DNA of 64,000 nt from Thermoplasmata archaeon (lineage in GTDB: Archaea > Thermoplasmatota > Thermoplasmata > Lutacidiplasmatales > UBA184). The DNA lies in contig DATGZO010000006.1 of NCBI GenBank assembly GCA_035297105.1, forward strand, positions 5,415 through 69,414, in the 5' to 3' direction. Positions 37,078-46,350 of this stretch are shown in pieces. Positions within the stretch are counted from its first letter, which is position 1, and each line of letters opens with the position of its first letter. The translations under genes were made by a program, and so were the position numbers. The notes under the pieces were generated by a model. It worked only from the letters and a program-made list of their open reading frames with translations. It ran no database searches and had not been told where the DNA came from.

Positions 37078-37464
37078 TCACTTTGCCGTTCGTTCCTTCC
37101 CTCCCCAGGCCCAAACGGCCAGCCCCGCTACGACCGATGCAACCAGGATGCCGGCCACGATAGGTGCCAGCGCGGCGACTTCGAAGGCCCCAACCGGGGA
37201 GGAGGGGCTGGGGGTGAACGTCACGTTGAACTCGGCGACCGACCGGGGCTCCGGTGGCGATCGGGCCCCGCCCGGAGAGTGAGGGGCTCCGAGCACCTGG
37301 GGAAAAGCGGGGCGACTCAACCCCGACCTGCTTCCGAGGGTGCCGGACAAGAGGAGCACAACCAAGCTAAGGATCAACGCGACGGCGCCCCCGCGTGCCC
37401 GCCAAGGTATCCGCCAATACCCCCCAACGGTACCGCAAGAGAACGGATTAGGGGGAAGCAACAC
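37078..37464 (-). CDS. small bitopic membrane protein resembling a stand-alone copy of the surface-protein C-terminal anchor module
   Basis: It fills the divergent gap between phzF and the SRPBCC gene. ...NVTFTPSPSSPVGAFEVAALAPIVAGILVASVVAGLAVWAWGGKERTAK mimics the S/P-linker, TM and basic tail of the large surface proteins. It may be a gene remnant. Confidence 0.35.
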   Translation of the reverse strand: MLLPPNPFSCGTVGGYWRIPWRARGGAVALILSLVVLLLSGTLGSRSGLSRPAFPQVLGAPHSPGGARSPPEPRSVAEFNVTFTPSPSSPVGAFEVAALAPIVAGILVASVVAGLAVWAWGGKERTAK

Positions 37465-37506
37465 GCATTTGACCCTCCGCGGAGGTCTGTCACTCGGACA
37501 AGAACC

Positions 37507-37953
37507 ATGGTCGAGTACCAGGACGAGGGTGTATTCCCCGCTCCGCCGGATCAGGTATGGCGCCTGCTACAGGCCCACTTGGACCCGGCTCGGATCACGG
37601 CGATCCACCCTCTCGTCAAGTCCCATGCCGTGGTCCGCCAGGAAGGGGACGTCACCACGGTTCGTCGGATGATCGACGTGCGGGGGAAGCTCCTCCCTTC
37701 CGAATGGAAGGTGACCAGTCGCCCGCCCGAAATGAGCCGATGGGACATCGTGAGCAGCGAGGGCCCGTGGGCGGCCGGAAGTTGGATCGAAAACCACTAT
37801 TCGGAGGCCTCGGGCGGCACCCGGATCGTGACCCGGGGCGACGTGAAGGTGAAGGTTTTGCCCTTCATCCTTCCCCAGCGCCCGGTGATCCGAAGGATCT
37901 TCTCGGACATCGATCGCGAGGACGTGGCCTACCTCCCCCGACTGCGTCCCTAA
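37507..37953 (+). CDS. SRPBCC (START/Bet v1/polyketide-cyclase-like) domain protein
   Basis: MVEYQDEGVFPAPPDQVWRLLQAHLDPARITAIHPLVKSHAVV... is the typical SRPBCC N-terminus. Length 149 aa. Confidence 0.6.
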   Translation: MVEYQDEGVFPAPPDQVWRLLQAHLDPARITAIHPLVKSHAVVRQEGDVTTVRRMIDVRGKLLPSEWKVTSRPPEMSRWDIVSSEGPWAAGSWIENHYSEASGGTRIVTRGDVKVKVLPFILPQRPVIRRIFSDIDREDVAYLPRLRP

Positions 37954-37990
37954 ACACCCCGGACGACCGGTGGGCCGGTCTCCACACGGG

Positions 37991-38632
37991 TTATCCTATA
38001 GAGCGGGACCTGCCAGCCGGATCCGTCGGCCGGCCGGTAGTGAGAAGTTTCTGAAGCAGGTGTCGTTGGACGATCCAGGAGGAGCGGACCGGCCGGACCA
38101 CCCAGGGATGACGGACTTGGAGCGCCGTCCAACGTTCGGGGACGACCCGGAGGGACGGGCGGCGTCGAAAGGGAAGCCTTCGCTTTGGGTAGGTGATCAG
38201 GGCAACCCCTCCGGGCCGAAGGATCCGCCACGCCTCATCGAGGGCCCCTTCCTTGTCGACCATGCAGCAGATCACGAGCGAGAGTAAGACCCGGTCAACG
38301 GAATCCGATGGGATGTTCGGAACCTGGGCGGCCGATCCGACCCGGAACTCGACCTGGCCGGCCCCTCCGACCCTGCGCTGGGCCAAGGCGAGGTTCTCCG
38401 AATCGATGTCGACGGCATAGAGGTGGCCGCCGGCCCCGATGCGGCGGAGGATCTCCGGGTCGAAGTAGCCGACCCCCGCCCCCAGGTCGGCCACGGTCTC
38501 CCCGGGACGGGGATCCAGTAGGGTGACCTCGCGAGAAGGAGGGGCAAAGCGGCGTCGAAGCGGGTTCTCCAACGCCCGGGGGTAGCACATGCGGTCCTCG
38601 GCCGCCATTGGAAGGGTCGTTCCGGTCGCCAT
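37991..38632 (-). CDS. class I SAM-dependent methyltransferase
   Basis: Motif I VADLGAGVGYF, then DAVDIDSENLALAQRRV and LRPGGVALIT (motifs post-I/II/III). Confidence 0.65.
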   Translation of the reverse strand: MATGTTLPMAAEDRMCYPRALENPLRRRFAPPSREVTLLDPRPGETVADLGAGVGYFDPEILRRIGAGGHLYAVDIDSENLALAQRRVGGAGQVEFRVGSAAQVPNIPSDSVDRVLLSLVICCMVDKEGALDEAWRILRPGGVALITYPKRRLPFRRRPSLRVVPERWTALQVRHPWVVRPVRSSWIVQRHLLQKLLTTGRPTDPAGRSRSIG

Positions 38633-38728
38633 GCTTGCCTCCGGGAGCCCCGGAACCGTCGGGGCCACATCACCCTGCCCCGCCGGTGTCGGGACACGGT
38701 GCAGGGCGTCGGGCCGCTCGGCAGGCTA

Positions 38729-39703
38729 ATGAGGGCGGCTCTCTCGGACAGGGACGGGCGCGATCCGTTGCGAGCACTGGTCACCGGGGGCACCGGTTTT
38801 CTCGGGAGCTACATGTCGACCCACCTGGCCAGTCAGGGGACCGAGGTGACGGCCACCTACCTTCCCCGCGTCACTCCCAAGGGTCCGGCCCCCCTTGGGG
38901 GTATCCGTTTGGTCCCTCTCGACGTCACCGACCGCCTCCAAGTCGAGCGGACGGTCGCCGAGTCGAAACCGGACGTGGTCTACCACTTTGCCGGCCAGGC
39001 CTACGTCATCCCTTCGTGGGAGGACCCCCTGGGGACCTACGCTACGAATCTGACCGGTACCCTGCACCTCCTGGAGGAGCTACGCCATCACTTTCCTCGC
39101 ACCCGGTTCGCGTTCGCGGGCAGCGGCACGGAATACGGGGACCCCCCCATCGTGCCCACGCCCGAGGACTCCCCGCTCCTACCCACCAGTCCGTATGCGT
39201 CCAGCAAGGCGGCGGCCGACCTGCTCTGCTACCAGTACTTCCGCAGCTTCGAGATCCCGGTCTTCCGGTACCGGATCTTCGGCACGACGGGCCCGGGAAA
39301 AAAGGGGGACTCTACGAACGATTTCGCGAGCCAGATCGCGGCCATCGAGGAAGGGCCCTCTCCCCGAGTACTGAGGGTGGGAAACCTCGACCGACGCCGG
39401 GACATCCAGGATGTCCGGGACGCCATCCGGGCCATGGTAACGGTGGTGGAGAAGGGCACGCCCGGGGAGGCCTACAACATCGCGAGCGGGGTCCCGCGGC
39501 TGGTCCGCCAGAATCTCGAGACCCTCCTCACGTTCGCCCGGAACCCGATCACGGTGGAGTCCGCACCGGAGAAGATCCGCCGCGTGGACGAACCGGTCCA
39601 CCTGGCCGACATCTCCCGGTTGACGGCGCTCGGGTGGGCCCCTTCGATCCCGTTCGAGCAAACGCTCAGGGATATCCTCGAGAGCTGGCGGGCGGCCCGC
39701 TGA
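38729..39703 (+). CDS. NAD-dependent epimerase/dehydratase (extended SDR; UDP-glucose 4-epimerase / GDP-mannose 4,6-dehydratase-like)
   Basis: ALVTGGTGFLGSYM (Rossmann GxxGxxG) and the catalytic YxxxK in PYASSKAAAD. Confidence 0.85.
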   Translation: MRAALSDRDGRDPLRALVTGGTGFLGSYMSTHLASQGTEVTATYLPRVTPKGPAPLGGIRLVPLDVTDRLQVERTVAESKPDVVYHFAGQAYVIPSWEDPLGTYATNLTGTLHLLEELRHHFPRTRFAFAGSGTEYGDPPIVPTPEDSPLLPTSPYASSKAAADLLCYQYFRSFEIPVFRYRIFGTTGPGKKGDSTNDFASQIAAIEEGPSPRVLRVGNLDRRRDIQDVRDAIRAMVTVVEKGTPGEAYNIASGVPRLVRQNLETLLTFARNPITVESAPEKIRRVDEPVHLADISRLTALGWAPSIPFEQTLRDILESWRAAR

Positions 39704-39803
39704 ACCGGCCCCCGTGAGGCGATGGCCCGGCGCGGATGCGGCGACCGGGAGAAGGGTTAGTCGGAGCTAGGGGCGGCAGGAAGAGGTTCGCGTGACTTGC
39801 TCC

Positions 39804-42131
39804 TTACGCCGCGGGAGGCGGAGGGGGTGGCGGGCCGCCCGCTCCGGGAGGCGGGCCGGAGGCCGCGGCGGGGGGCGGGAGGCCGGCGGCGGAGGGTTTC
39901 TTCCGCCGCAGGAGGAGCAAGGCGCCCACGACCACGATGACCACGATTACCCCCAGCAGGAGGTAGAGACCCGTCCCGGACGTGAGGGAGAACCCCGCCG
40001 AGGAATTAGGACTTGCCACGGTCACGGAGGCCTGGGCCGTCGACTTGACCCCAAAGGAGTCCGTGACGGTGACACTCACGGTGAACGTGCCCGCTTTCGA
40101 GAACGCATGGCTCGGAGCCGCTCCGGTGCCGGTGTTCCCATCCCCGAAGTTCCACGCGTACGTGGTATAGGGTGGATCCCCGTTGCTGACGGTGACCGAG
40201 AACGCGACGTTCGTCCCGGCCGGGGAATTCATCGGGAACGCCGTGACTTGGGATGCGGTGAGGAGGGGGAGCACATGCACCGTGACCGTCGTCGTGTTCG
40301 TGATCCCGTCCGAATCGGTGACGTTCAGCCGAACTGGGTAGCTACCGGCCGTGGAGAACGTGTGGTGGGTCGATGCTCCGGTCCCCGTGCTGCTGTCTCC
40401 GAAGTTCCAAGTGTAGGTAGAATAAGTCCCACTTCCGCCCGTGGCCGAGCCGCTGAACGATAGCGGGAGTCCAACTTCGGACGTGGTGACGTTGGCGGAG
40501 GCGTGCACCACCAGGGTCGGAACCACCGTAATGTTGGCGTAGACGTACTCTATTCCCCACACCCAGTCGTCGACGTACGCTACGACCGGGTAGGTCCCCG
40601 GATGCGCCTCCTTGAACGCCGCAGGGCCGAAGGCCCAGGCCGTGGTGAAGTTGATTCCGTAGCGGTCGGAGCTGAGAATCGGGGTGCCGTTGACCGACAC
40701 ATCCGCCGCCGCCCACGGGCCGGATCCGGTGCCCACCTGTACGCTGACGTTGATACTGATTAGGCTGCCCACGTCCGTGGGGTTGTGGACGATCGATAGG
40801 GTCAGATTGGGCGCGGCCTCGAAGGTGTACGAGCTGATGCTGATCGCGATAGCGCCGTTAAGCCCCCCGAACAGAACCGGTGCGATATCGGTGCTGTTGG
40901 CGGCCATCTCACCTTCGCAAATGGCTTGGTCCGGCAACGACCCGGCGTAGTAGAGGTAGCTCGGGAGCCACGTTCCGCCCTGGAACTGCCACGAGTCGCC
41001 GTAGACCGCGATCGAGCTCGAGTTGAACCCACCGTACAGCACGATCGCGCCGATCTGGCCATCCCAGGTCATCTGGCCGTAGGCACGGCCCAAGGGGTAG
41101 TACCCGCATACACTCGTGAGGGAGTCGCACCCGACCGAAGTTGCGGTGAGATTATTCCAGGTCGTGCCGGAAAGTTCGAACGTGTAGTTCGTGTCGGTCT
41201 GGCCATCGTATCCGCCGAAGAGGAGGAGCGCGTGGTCGGCGGCGTCGTACGCGAGCGACTCGCCAGCGACAGCCCAATTGAGGCCTCCCGGGCCAAGGGC
41301 TGCGCTACCCCAAGTGGCGGTGAGTTCCCACGTTGTCGTCCAACGACTCCCGCAGGTAGTCGGGAACGAGCAGCCGTCCACGTACACGAGCGCGTGAAGG
41401 GCGGGGTCCCATGCCATGGCTCCGTCGAAGGCCGGAACGCTACCGGTCGTAGCGGTGAGGTTGTACCAACCGGTCGAGTTGAATAGCCAAGTTCCGACGC
41501 TCGCACCCGTGGCATTGTATCCACCCGCCGAGATGACTCCGCCGAAAGCCGGGTCGTAATCCATGGATTGGGCTTCGAGGGGTCCCGGTGATGTGGGGAA
41601 ACTCGCGGTCACGTTAGTCCAGGAGATGCCTTCGTAAATCCAGGTGCTACCTGCCGGGCATTGGGTCGGGGTGCATCCCCCGTAGTACACCAGCGCCCCC
41701 GTCCCGTACAGGGGATCGTAGGCGACCGCGCCCTGGTAGCCCCCACCCATGGATCCCATGTTCGAGGTCTCATTGGTCCAGGAAGGCTGGAGGGTGGCGA
41801 CTAGAGGTCTCGCCGCAGGGAGACCCGTCCCCGTCATCGTCCCGGCTTGATGAAGTGAGGGAGAGCCCCCGAGGGCGCCGCTGGAGCACGTGGCCGATCC
41901 AGGTGCCTCGGTTTGGCAGGCCATCGAGGTGCCGTGAGTAGGGCCCTGCCCTTGGTCCAGTGCGGTGATCCCGCTCGTCCACAACTGCGAGGTCGCCGGC
42001 GCGACGGCTGTGGAAGAGGACGCCGAGACGGCGCCGCCATTCGTCGGGATTAGTGCGAGGGCCGGGGAGGCCGCCATCACCAAAGAGATCGCAATTACGG
42101 CCAGCCAAGACGCCATACGCCGGGAGGACAT
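39804..42131 (-). CDS. secreted surface protein: Kelch/galactose-oxidase-like beta-propeller, two PKD domains, TM anchor and a Pro-rich cytoplasmic tail
   Basis: Signal MASWLAVIAISLVMAASPALA. Repeated ...YGG...W... propeller blades. Two PKD motifs (YTWNFGDSSTGTG and YAWNFGDGNTGTG). TM LLLGVIVVIVVVGALLLL, then PPPPPPPAA. Confidence 0.75.
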   Translation of the reverse strand: MSSRRMASWLAVIAISLVMAASPALALIPTNGGAVSASSSTAVAPATSQLWTSGITALDQGQGPTHGTSMACQTEAPGSATCSSGALGGSPSLHQAGTMTGTGLPAARPLVATLQPSWTNETSNMGSMGGGYQGAVAYDPLYGTGALVYYGGCTPTQCPAGSTWIYEGISWTNVTASFPTSPGPLEAQSMDYDPAFGGVISAGGYNATGASVGTWLFNSTGWYNLTATTGSVPAFDGAMAWDPALHALVYVDGCSFPTTCGSRWTTTWELTATWGSAALGPGGLNWAVAGESLAYDAADHALLLFGGYDGQTDTNYTFELSGTTWNNLTATSVGCDSLTSVCGYYPLGRAYGQMTWDGQIGAIVLYGGFNSSSIAVYGDSWQFQGGTWLPSYLYYAGSLPDQAICEGEMAANSTDIAPVLFGGLNGAIAISISSYTFEAAPNLTLSIVHNPTDVGSLISINVSVQVGTGSGPWAAADVSVNGTPILSSDRYGINFTTAWAFGPAAFKEAHPGTYPVVAYVDDWVWGIEYVYANITVVPTLVVHASANVTTSEVGLPLSFSGSATGGSGTYSTYTWNFGDSSTGTGASTHHTFSTAGSYPVRLNVTDSDGITNTTTVTVHVLPLLTASQVTAFPMNSPAGTNVAFSVTVSNGDPPYTTYAWNFGDGNTGTGAAPSHAFSKAGTFTVSVTVTDSFGVKSTAQASVTVASPNSSAGFSLTSGTGLYLLLGVIVVIVVVGALLLLRRKKPSAAGLPPPAAASGPPPGAGGPPPPPPPAA

Positions 42132-42375
42132 GCGATTATCACGTAAGTCGTAGTATTTCTGACCACCGTCCGGGGGGGGCCCTTCCTCGAGGGCCCCGGG
42201 ACGGCAGCTAGGAGGGAATCGGTGGGCGCGGCCGGTCCTCCTCCGCTCCTGCCAAGAGCTGTCAGGCTTGGGGGAACACGGGGGGAAGGGGAGGATAGTT
42301 TTCGTTGAACTGCAAAGCCGAATCGCAACGGTTCAATGATTCGATCTAAGGAGAGAAAGTGAACCTGTAATAGAT

Positions 42376-42384
42376 ATTCATATG
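42376..42384 (+). promoter_or_regulatory. ATTCATATG motif, copy 1, inside an AT-rich hairpin-dense non-coding stretch
   Basis: The same 9-mer occurs at 43613..43621, immediately upstream of the vapB start. The two copies bracket the low-G+C vapBC islet. Confidence 0.3.
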
Positions 42385-42985
42385 CACATACATATGCATA
42401 TCACTACTTCCGCACCTACCGGGCGATGGCAAGTGGTCGCAAGTCGGCCTCCTGGACCTCGACTGCACCCAGAGGGTGGGGGCAACTTGGTCCGGGCACG
42501 GGGAGGGGATCAGAATCTCCGATCGGGCTAAGAATGGCTCACCCATACCTATGATTCTACAAGTAAGTGAGAGCCATTACTCAGGATGCGTATAGGAGTA
42601 ATTGCCGAGAGACTGGGCGCCCGAACCCGCAGATCCTTCCGGCTTGGCCCGCCCGAACCCCGCCTCAGATCCAGGCCCTGGCAGGGGGCCAACTGCGCCG
42701 TATAACTCATGTTATACGCCCTCACCTCAGAGAACCCTTGAGGCCCCCAGGGGCTCGAGCACAGGCAGACTATCCCTAATGCAGACTGAGTAATGCTTAC
42801 AACGTAATTATAGTCTCATACACTCGGAATACAGGAGAATAGCGGGTTTGGTGGGTTTGGCCCGAAAACCCCACCCCCCGGCCAAAGATCGCGGATCCGA
42901 AGGCGGGACCCACTGGTCGGAGACCGACGGGACCTCCTGTTTACACCTGTACGATTTGACAGCCAGCCAAGTAATGTAACTACCA

Positions 42986-43393
42986 TTACTTTGAATGTTT
43001 AACCCCTACACGGGTGACTTTGAACCGCCATTTGCCGGTGGCAGCGGGTCGTACGGGGGTAAACAGCTCGTCACACCCGTTCGCCTCGAGGGCTCCCCAC
43101 TCGGCCAGACGCCATAGCTCCTCGAAGGAAGGGTTCCCCGAGGCCCGACGGGCCGCCTCGGCGATCGCGCGGGCGTCAATGGGCAGGACGGTGAGTTTTC
43201 GGCGGAGACGGTCGACCGCGGTCCGGCGGGCGACCTGGGCCTTGGACGGAGAGCGCCGCGCGAGAACGGAGAGTTCGAGCATGGCCCGTTCGGTGGTGGC
43301 CACTTCCACCCCCCTTAGGCGGCGCAACAGTTCTCGGGAACCGGGATCCGCCTCGAGAACCCCTCGGAGGGCCCCTGCATCGAGGGCCTTCAC
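42986..43393 (-). CDS. vapC: probable PIN-domain toxin
   Basis: It lies downstream of and overlaps a small RHH-like gene. ...LDAGALRGVLEADPGSRELLRRL...TTERAMLEL... fits PIN N-terminal acidic patterning. The start is assigned to the GTG at 43393 adjacent to the vapB stop. Assignment is based on gene context. Confidence 0.45.
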   Translation of the reverse strand: MKALDAGALRGVLEADPGSRELLRRLRGVEVATTERAMLELSVLARRSPSKAQVARRTAVDRLRRKLTVLPIDARAIAEAARRASGNPSFEELWRLAEWGALEANGCDELFTPVRPAATGKWRFKVTRVGVKHSK

Positions 43394-43602
43394 GGCGTGC
43401 CCCTCCGGGACGGAACCGAACTCCCTGGAGCGAGGCCCGCCCGGCGGCGCTTCTCGGGAGCCCAGGCGCCCCAAAGCTCCTCGAGCCCCTCCCGCTGATC
43501 GAGCAACCTACGGAAGAGCACCGTAAAGCTCTCCCCGGTTCGTTTTTCTCGCACTAGCGCGTCGTATACCGCCTTCTGCACGGCGATATTTCGGGACGAC
43601 AT
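43390..43602 (-). CDS. vapB: probable VapB-type antitoxin (small DNA-binding protein)
   Basis: MSSRNIAVQKAVYDALVREKRTGESFTVLFRRLLDQ... is typical of archaeal VapB/RHH-like antitoxins. It is 70 aa and lies immediately upstream of the PIN gene. Confidence 0.5.
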   Translation of the reverse strand: MSSRNIAVQKAVYDALVREKRTGESFTVLFRRLLDQREGLEELWGAWAPEKRRRAGLAPGSSVPSRRGTP

Positions 43603-43625
43603 ACATACTCATATTCATATGTAGT
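43603..43625 (-). promoter_or_regulatory. AT-rich TATA-like promoter/operator of vapBC (TACATATGAATATGAGTATGT directly abutting the ATG; leaderless)
   Basis: Read directly from the sequence. It includes the palindromic CATATG and ATTCATATG copy 2. Confidence 0.4.
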
Positions 43626-43818
43626 ACTAGAAGACTGGGCCCGAAACGCGGCGACGAAACGAAGCGACCGGACCCGCCACAGGTACCCAGTTTGATCGCG
43701 CCCTGCCTCCCCGAGGAGGAGCGCAGACCCCCCTCGGGACGGTCCACTTGGAAACGGGAGGAGACGGAAGGGGGCGCCGTACGCAAGCCATTTCCCTGCG
43801 ACCCCATCCGGGCACCTC

Positions 43819-45228
43819 GTGGAGCCCGAACGGCCCCGGCTCGTGATGATCGGGCTCGACTCGATGTCCCCGGCCCTCCTCGAACGCTTCCGAGACCGGA
43901 CCCCCCGGCTTCAGGCGCTCTTGAGGCAGTCCACCCAGGCCACTCTCGTCAGTTGTGACCCTCCGATCACGGTGCCTGCCTGGGCCGTCATGTGTTCCGG
44001 AGCCGATCCGGGGATGCTCGGACTGTATGGGTTCCGTCACCGAAGGCCCGGCAGCTACGACCGGACGTACATCCCTGCCTCTTCGACCGCGCAACGCCCG
44101 ATGATCTGGGATGCTCTTTCGAGGGCCGGCCGGCGCGTGGCCGTCCTCGGGATGCCTCCGGGGTACCCCCCGCCTTCCGTCAACGGCGTCTACGTCTCGG
44201 ATTTCCTGACACCGGACGGGGTCACGGACTGGGCCAATCCGTCGTCCCTCGTGCCCGAGCTGGCCCAGGTCGCCGGAGGAGGGTTCTTTGACGTCGCCTT
44301 TCGAATCGATGACCGGCTGGCCGTGGCGCGGGACCTCTTCGAAATGACTCGACGCCGATGGAAGGTCGCTCGCCACGTCTGGCGGAAAGAGCCGTGGGAC
44401 CTCTTCGCGATCCATGAGATTGGCCCGGACCGGGTCCATCACGCGTTCTGGAAGTACTTCGACCAGTCCCATCCACGCTTCGCACACGATGCCAAGCTGA
44501 GCGGGGTCGCCGGAGACTTCTACGCCCTGCTTGACGAGGAAATCGGCCAATTCCTTGACCTCGTCGGCCCGGATGTCCCAGTCCTGGTCGCCTCGGACCA
44601 CGGCAGCCAGGCGATGGAAGGGTGCTTCTGCATCAACGAATGGCTGATCGACAAGGGCTTGCTCCGTCTCAAGAGACCCCCCGCCCGAACTGGAACCCCC
44701 CTCGAAGAGGCTTGGGTGGACTGGGGGAAGACCCAGGTTTGGGCCGCGGGCGGCTATTACGCACGATTCTTCCTCAACCTTAAGGGCCGAGAACCCCAGG
44801 GCATCGTGGCACCGAAAGACCAGGCGGCCCTCACCGAGCGACTCCGCTCGGAGCTTAACCAAGTCAAGAAGGAGGACGGAACCCCCCTCGGAGTGCGGCT
44901 CTTCTCTCCTTCCGAGGTCTATGAAGAGGTCCGGGGGGACCCGCCGGACCTGATGGCCTACTTCGGCGACCTCCGGTGGCGATCGGCCGGGACGGTGGGC
45001 CACGGCCGCTGGTTCACGACTGAAAACGACACGGGACCGGACGATGCGGTCCACTCGTTCGAGGGGATCTTCGCCTACCGGGACCCCCATGACCCGAGGG
45101 GTCGCCAACTCCCGCCCCAACGGATCCGCTCCGTGGGGGCCACGCTCTACTCGCACTTCGGCCTGCCGGTTCCGGGGTTCGTTCGCGGAGAGCCCATCAT
45201 TCTGGGCCCCGCCCGGCGCCACCGATGA
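43819..45228 (+). CDS. alkaline-phosphatase-superfamily nucleotide pyrophosphatase/phosphodiesterase (type I phosphodiesterase-like)
   Basis: GTG start. LVMIGLDSMSP...TVPAWAVMCSGADPG...LVASDHGS. The metal-ligand D/T/H motifs are characteristic of the NPP/AlkP fold. Confidence 0.75.
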   Translation: MEPERPRLVMIGLDSMSPALLERFRDRTPRLQALLRQSTQATLVSCDPPITVPAWAVMCSGADPGMLGLYGFRHRRPGSYDRTYIPASSTAQRPMIWDALSRAGRRVAVLGMPPGYPPPSVNGVYVSDFLTPDGVTDWANPSSLVPELAQVAGGGFFDVAFRIDDRLAVARDLFEMTRRRWKVARHVWRKEPWDLFAIHEIGPDRVHHAFWKYFDQSHPRFAHDAKLSGVAGDFYALLDEEIGQFLDLVGPDVPVLVASDHGSQAMEGCFCINEWLIDKGLLRLKRPPARTGTPLEEAWVDWGKTQVWAAGGYYARFFLNLKGREPQGIVAPKDQAALTERLRSELNQVKKEDGTPLGVRLFSPSEVYEEVRGDPPDLMAYFGDLRWRSAGTVGHGRWFTTENDTGPDDAVHSFEGIFAYRDPHDPRGRQLPPQRIRSVGATLYSHFGLPVPGFVRGEPIILGPARRHR

Positions 45229-45278
45229 GTATTTGACCCCCTTCCCGGCCTATTGTTGCCGTTTACGGGTCGATTTTC

Positions 45279-46286
45279 ATGGTTATCTCCGCAAGTATTG
45301 CACCCACCAAGTCAAAAGGGACCTTTTTCCCGGCGGAGTCCCCGAAGGTCCAACGACCCCGAACCACCTCCGTCACCCATCTTCTGGACCGTCTGCAGCA
45401 CGTCACCGCCGAGGAGATCTCGGACCTCGCCTCGTACATCGACATTGCCAAGATCGGCTGGGGGCTTCCGCTCCTGCTTCCGAAAGAACGCCTGAAGGCC
45501 CGGGTTCATCTCTATCAGAAAGAGGGCATCGAGGTCTCCACCGGCGGGACCCTCCTCGAGTACGCGGTCGCCCAGAACCGGGTCCCCGCCTTCCTCGACG
45601 AGGCGCGGGTGATCGGGTTCGACCTCATCGAGATCTCGAGCGGCATCCTGGAGCTGTCGGCGACCCAGATCGCCCGTCTCGCCGATGCGGTCCGGGACCG
45701 AGGGCTGCCGTACCTCATCGAGGTCGGAAAGAAGGACCCCCAGCACCAGCTCTCCCTCAAGGAGACCATCAACCAGATCGGCCACGCCCGCACCCTCGGC
45801 CCCCGGAAGGTCATCGTCGAGAGCCGCGAATCAGGACGCGGGGTCGGCATCTACGACAGCGACGGTGCGATCAAGTGGGACTGGGTCCGCTCGATCCTCG
45901 CCGAGCACCCCCGCGAGGAGCTGATCTTCGAGGCCCCCCTGGAGAGCCAGCAGATCCAGCTGCTCCGGGAACTGGGGGGAGACGTGAACCTCGGCAACGT
46001 CGCGCTCGCCTCGGTCGCCCCCCTGGCCTCCGAGCGCATGGGGCTCCGAGGGGAGACGTTCGGCACGATTCGCACCTCCCGCCCCGTCAAGGGCCCGCCG
46101 GCAGCCAAGTTCCTCTACTTCCTCCTCGAAAGTTACCGGGGTCTGGACCAGTCGCAGCTGGCCCAAATGTCTCGACTGCCGCGACGGACGGTACAGAGCG
46201 CCCTCGAATCCCTCCGCCAGCAGGGACTGGTCCAGGAGTCGATCTCGCTCCAGGATTCGCGCCGGCGCGAGTACCGGCTCACGTAG
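45279..46286 (+). CDS. (2R)-phospho-3-sulfolactate synthase (ComA)-like TIM-barrel domain fused to a C-terminal winged-helix domain
   Basis: ...YIDIAKIGWGLPLLLPKERLKARVHLYQKEGIEVSTGGTLLEYA...GFDLIEISSG... matches the ComA family. The C-terminal ~70 aa (FLYFLLESYRGLDQSQLAQMSRLPRRTVQSALESLRQQGLVQ) are MarR/wHTH-like. Confidence 0.6.
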   Translation: MVISASIAPTKSKGTFFPAESPKVQRPRTTSVTHLLDRLQHVTAEEISDLASYIDIAKIGWGLPLLLPKERLKARVHLYQKEGIEVSTGGTLLEYAVAQNRVPAFLDEARVIGFDLIEISSGILELSATQIARLADAVRDRGLPYLIEVGKKDPQHQLSLKETINQIGHARTLGPRKVIVESRESGRGVGIYDSDGAIKWDWVRSILAEHPREELIFEAPLESQQIQLLRELGGDVNLGNVALASVAPLASERMGLRGETFGTIRTSRPVKGPPAAKFLYFLLESYRGLDQSQLAQMSRLPRRTVQSALESLRQQGLVQESISLQDSRRREYRLT

Positions 46287-46350
46287 GGCCGCCGCAGCCC
46301 TCCCCTACTGAGGGAAAGGAGGCAACTACCATCGAGGGGTTACGGTGAGC

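Noticed and set aside
43627-45222. 531-aa minus-strand ORF
   Set aside because: Antisense shadow of the well-supported alkaline-phosphatase-family gene 43819..45228. Composition is Arg/Gly/Pro-rich with no recognisable domains.
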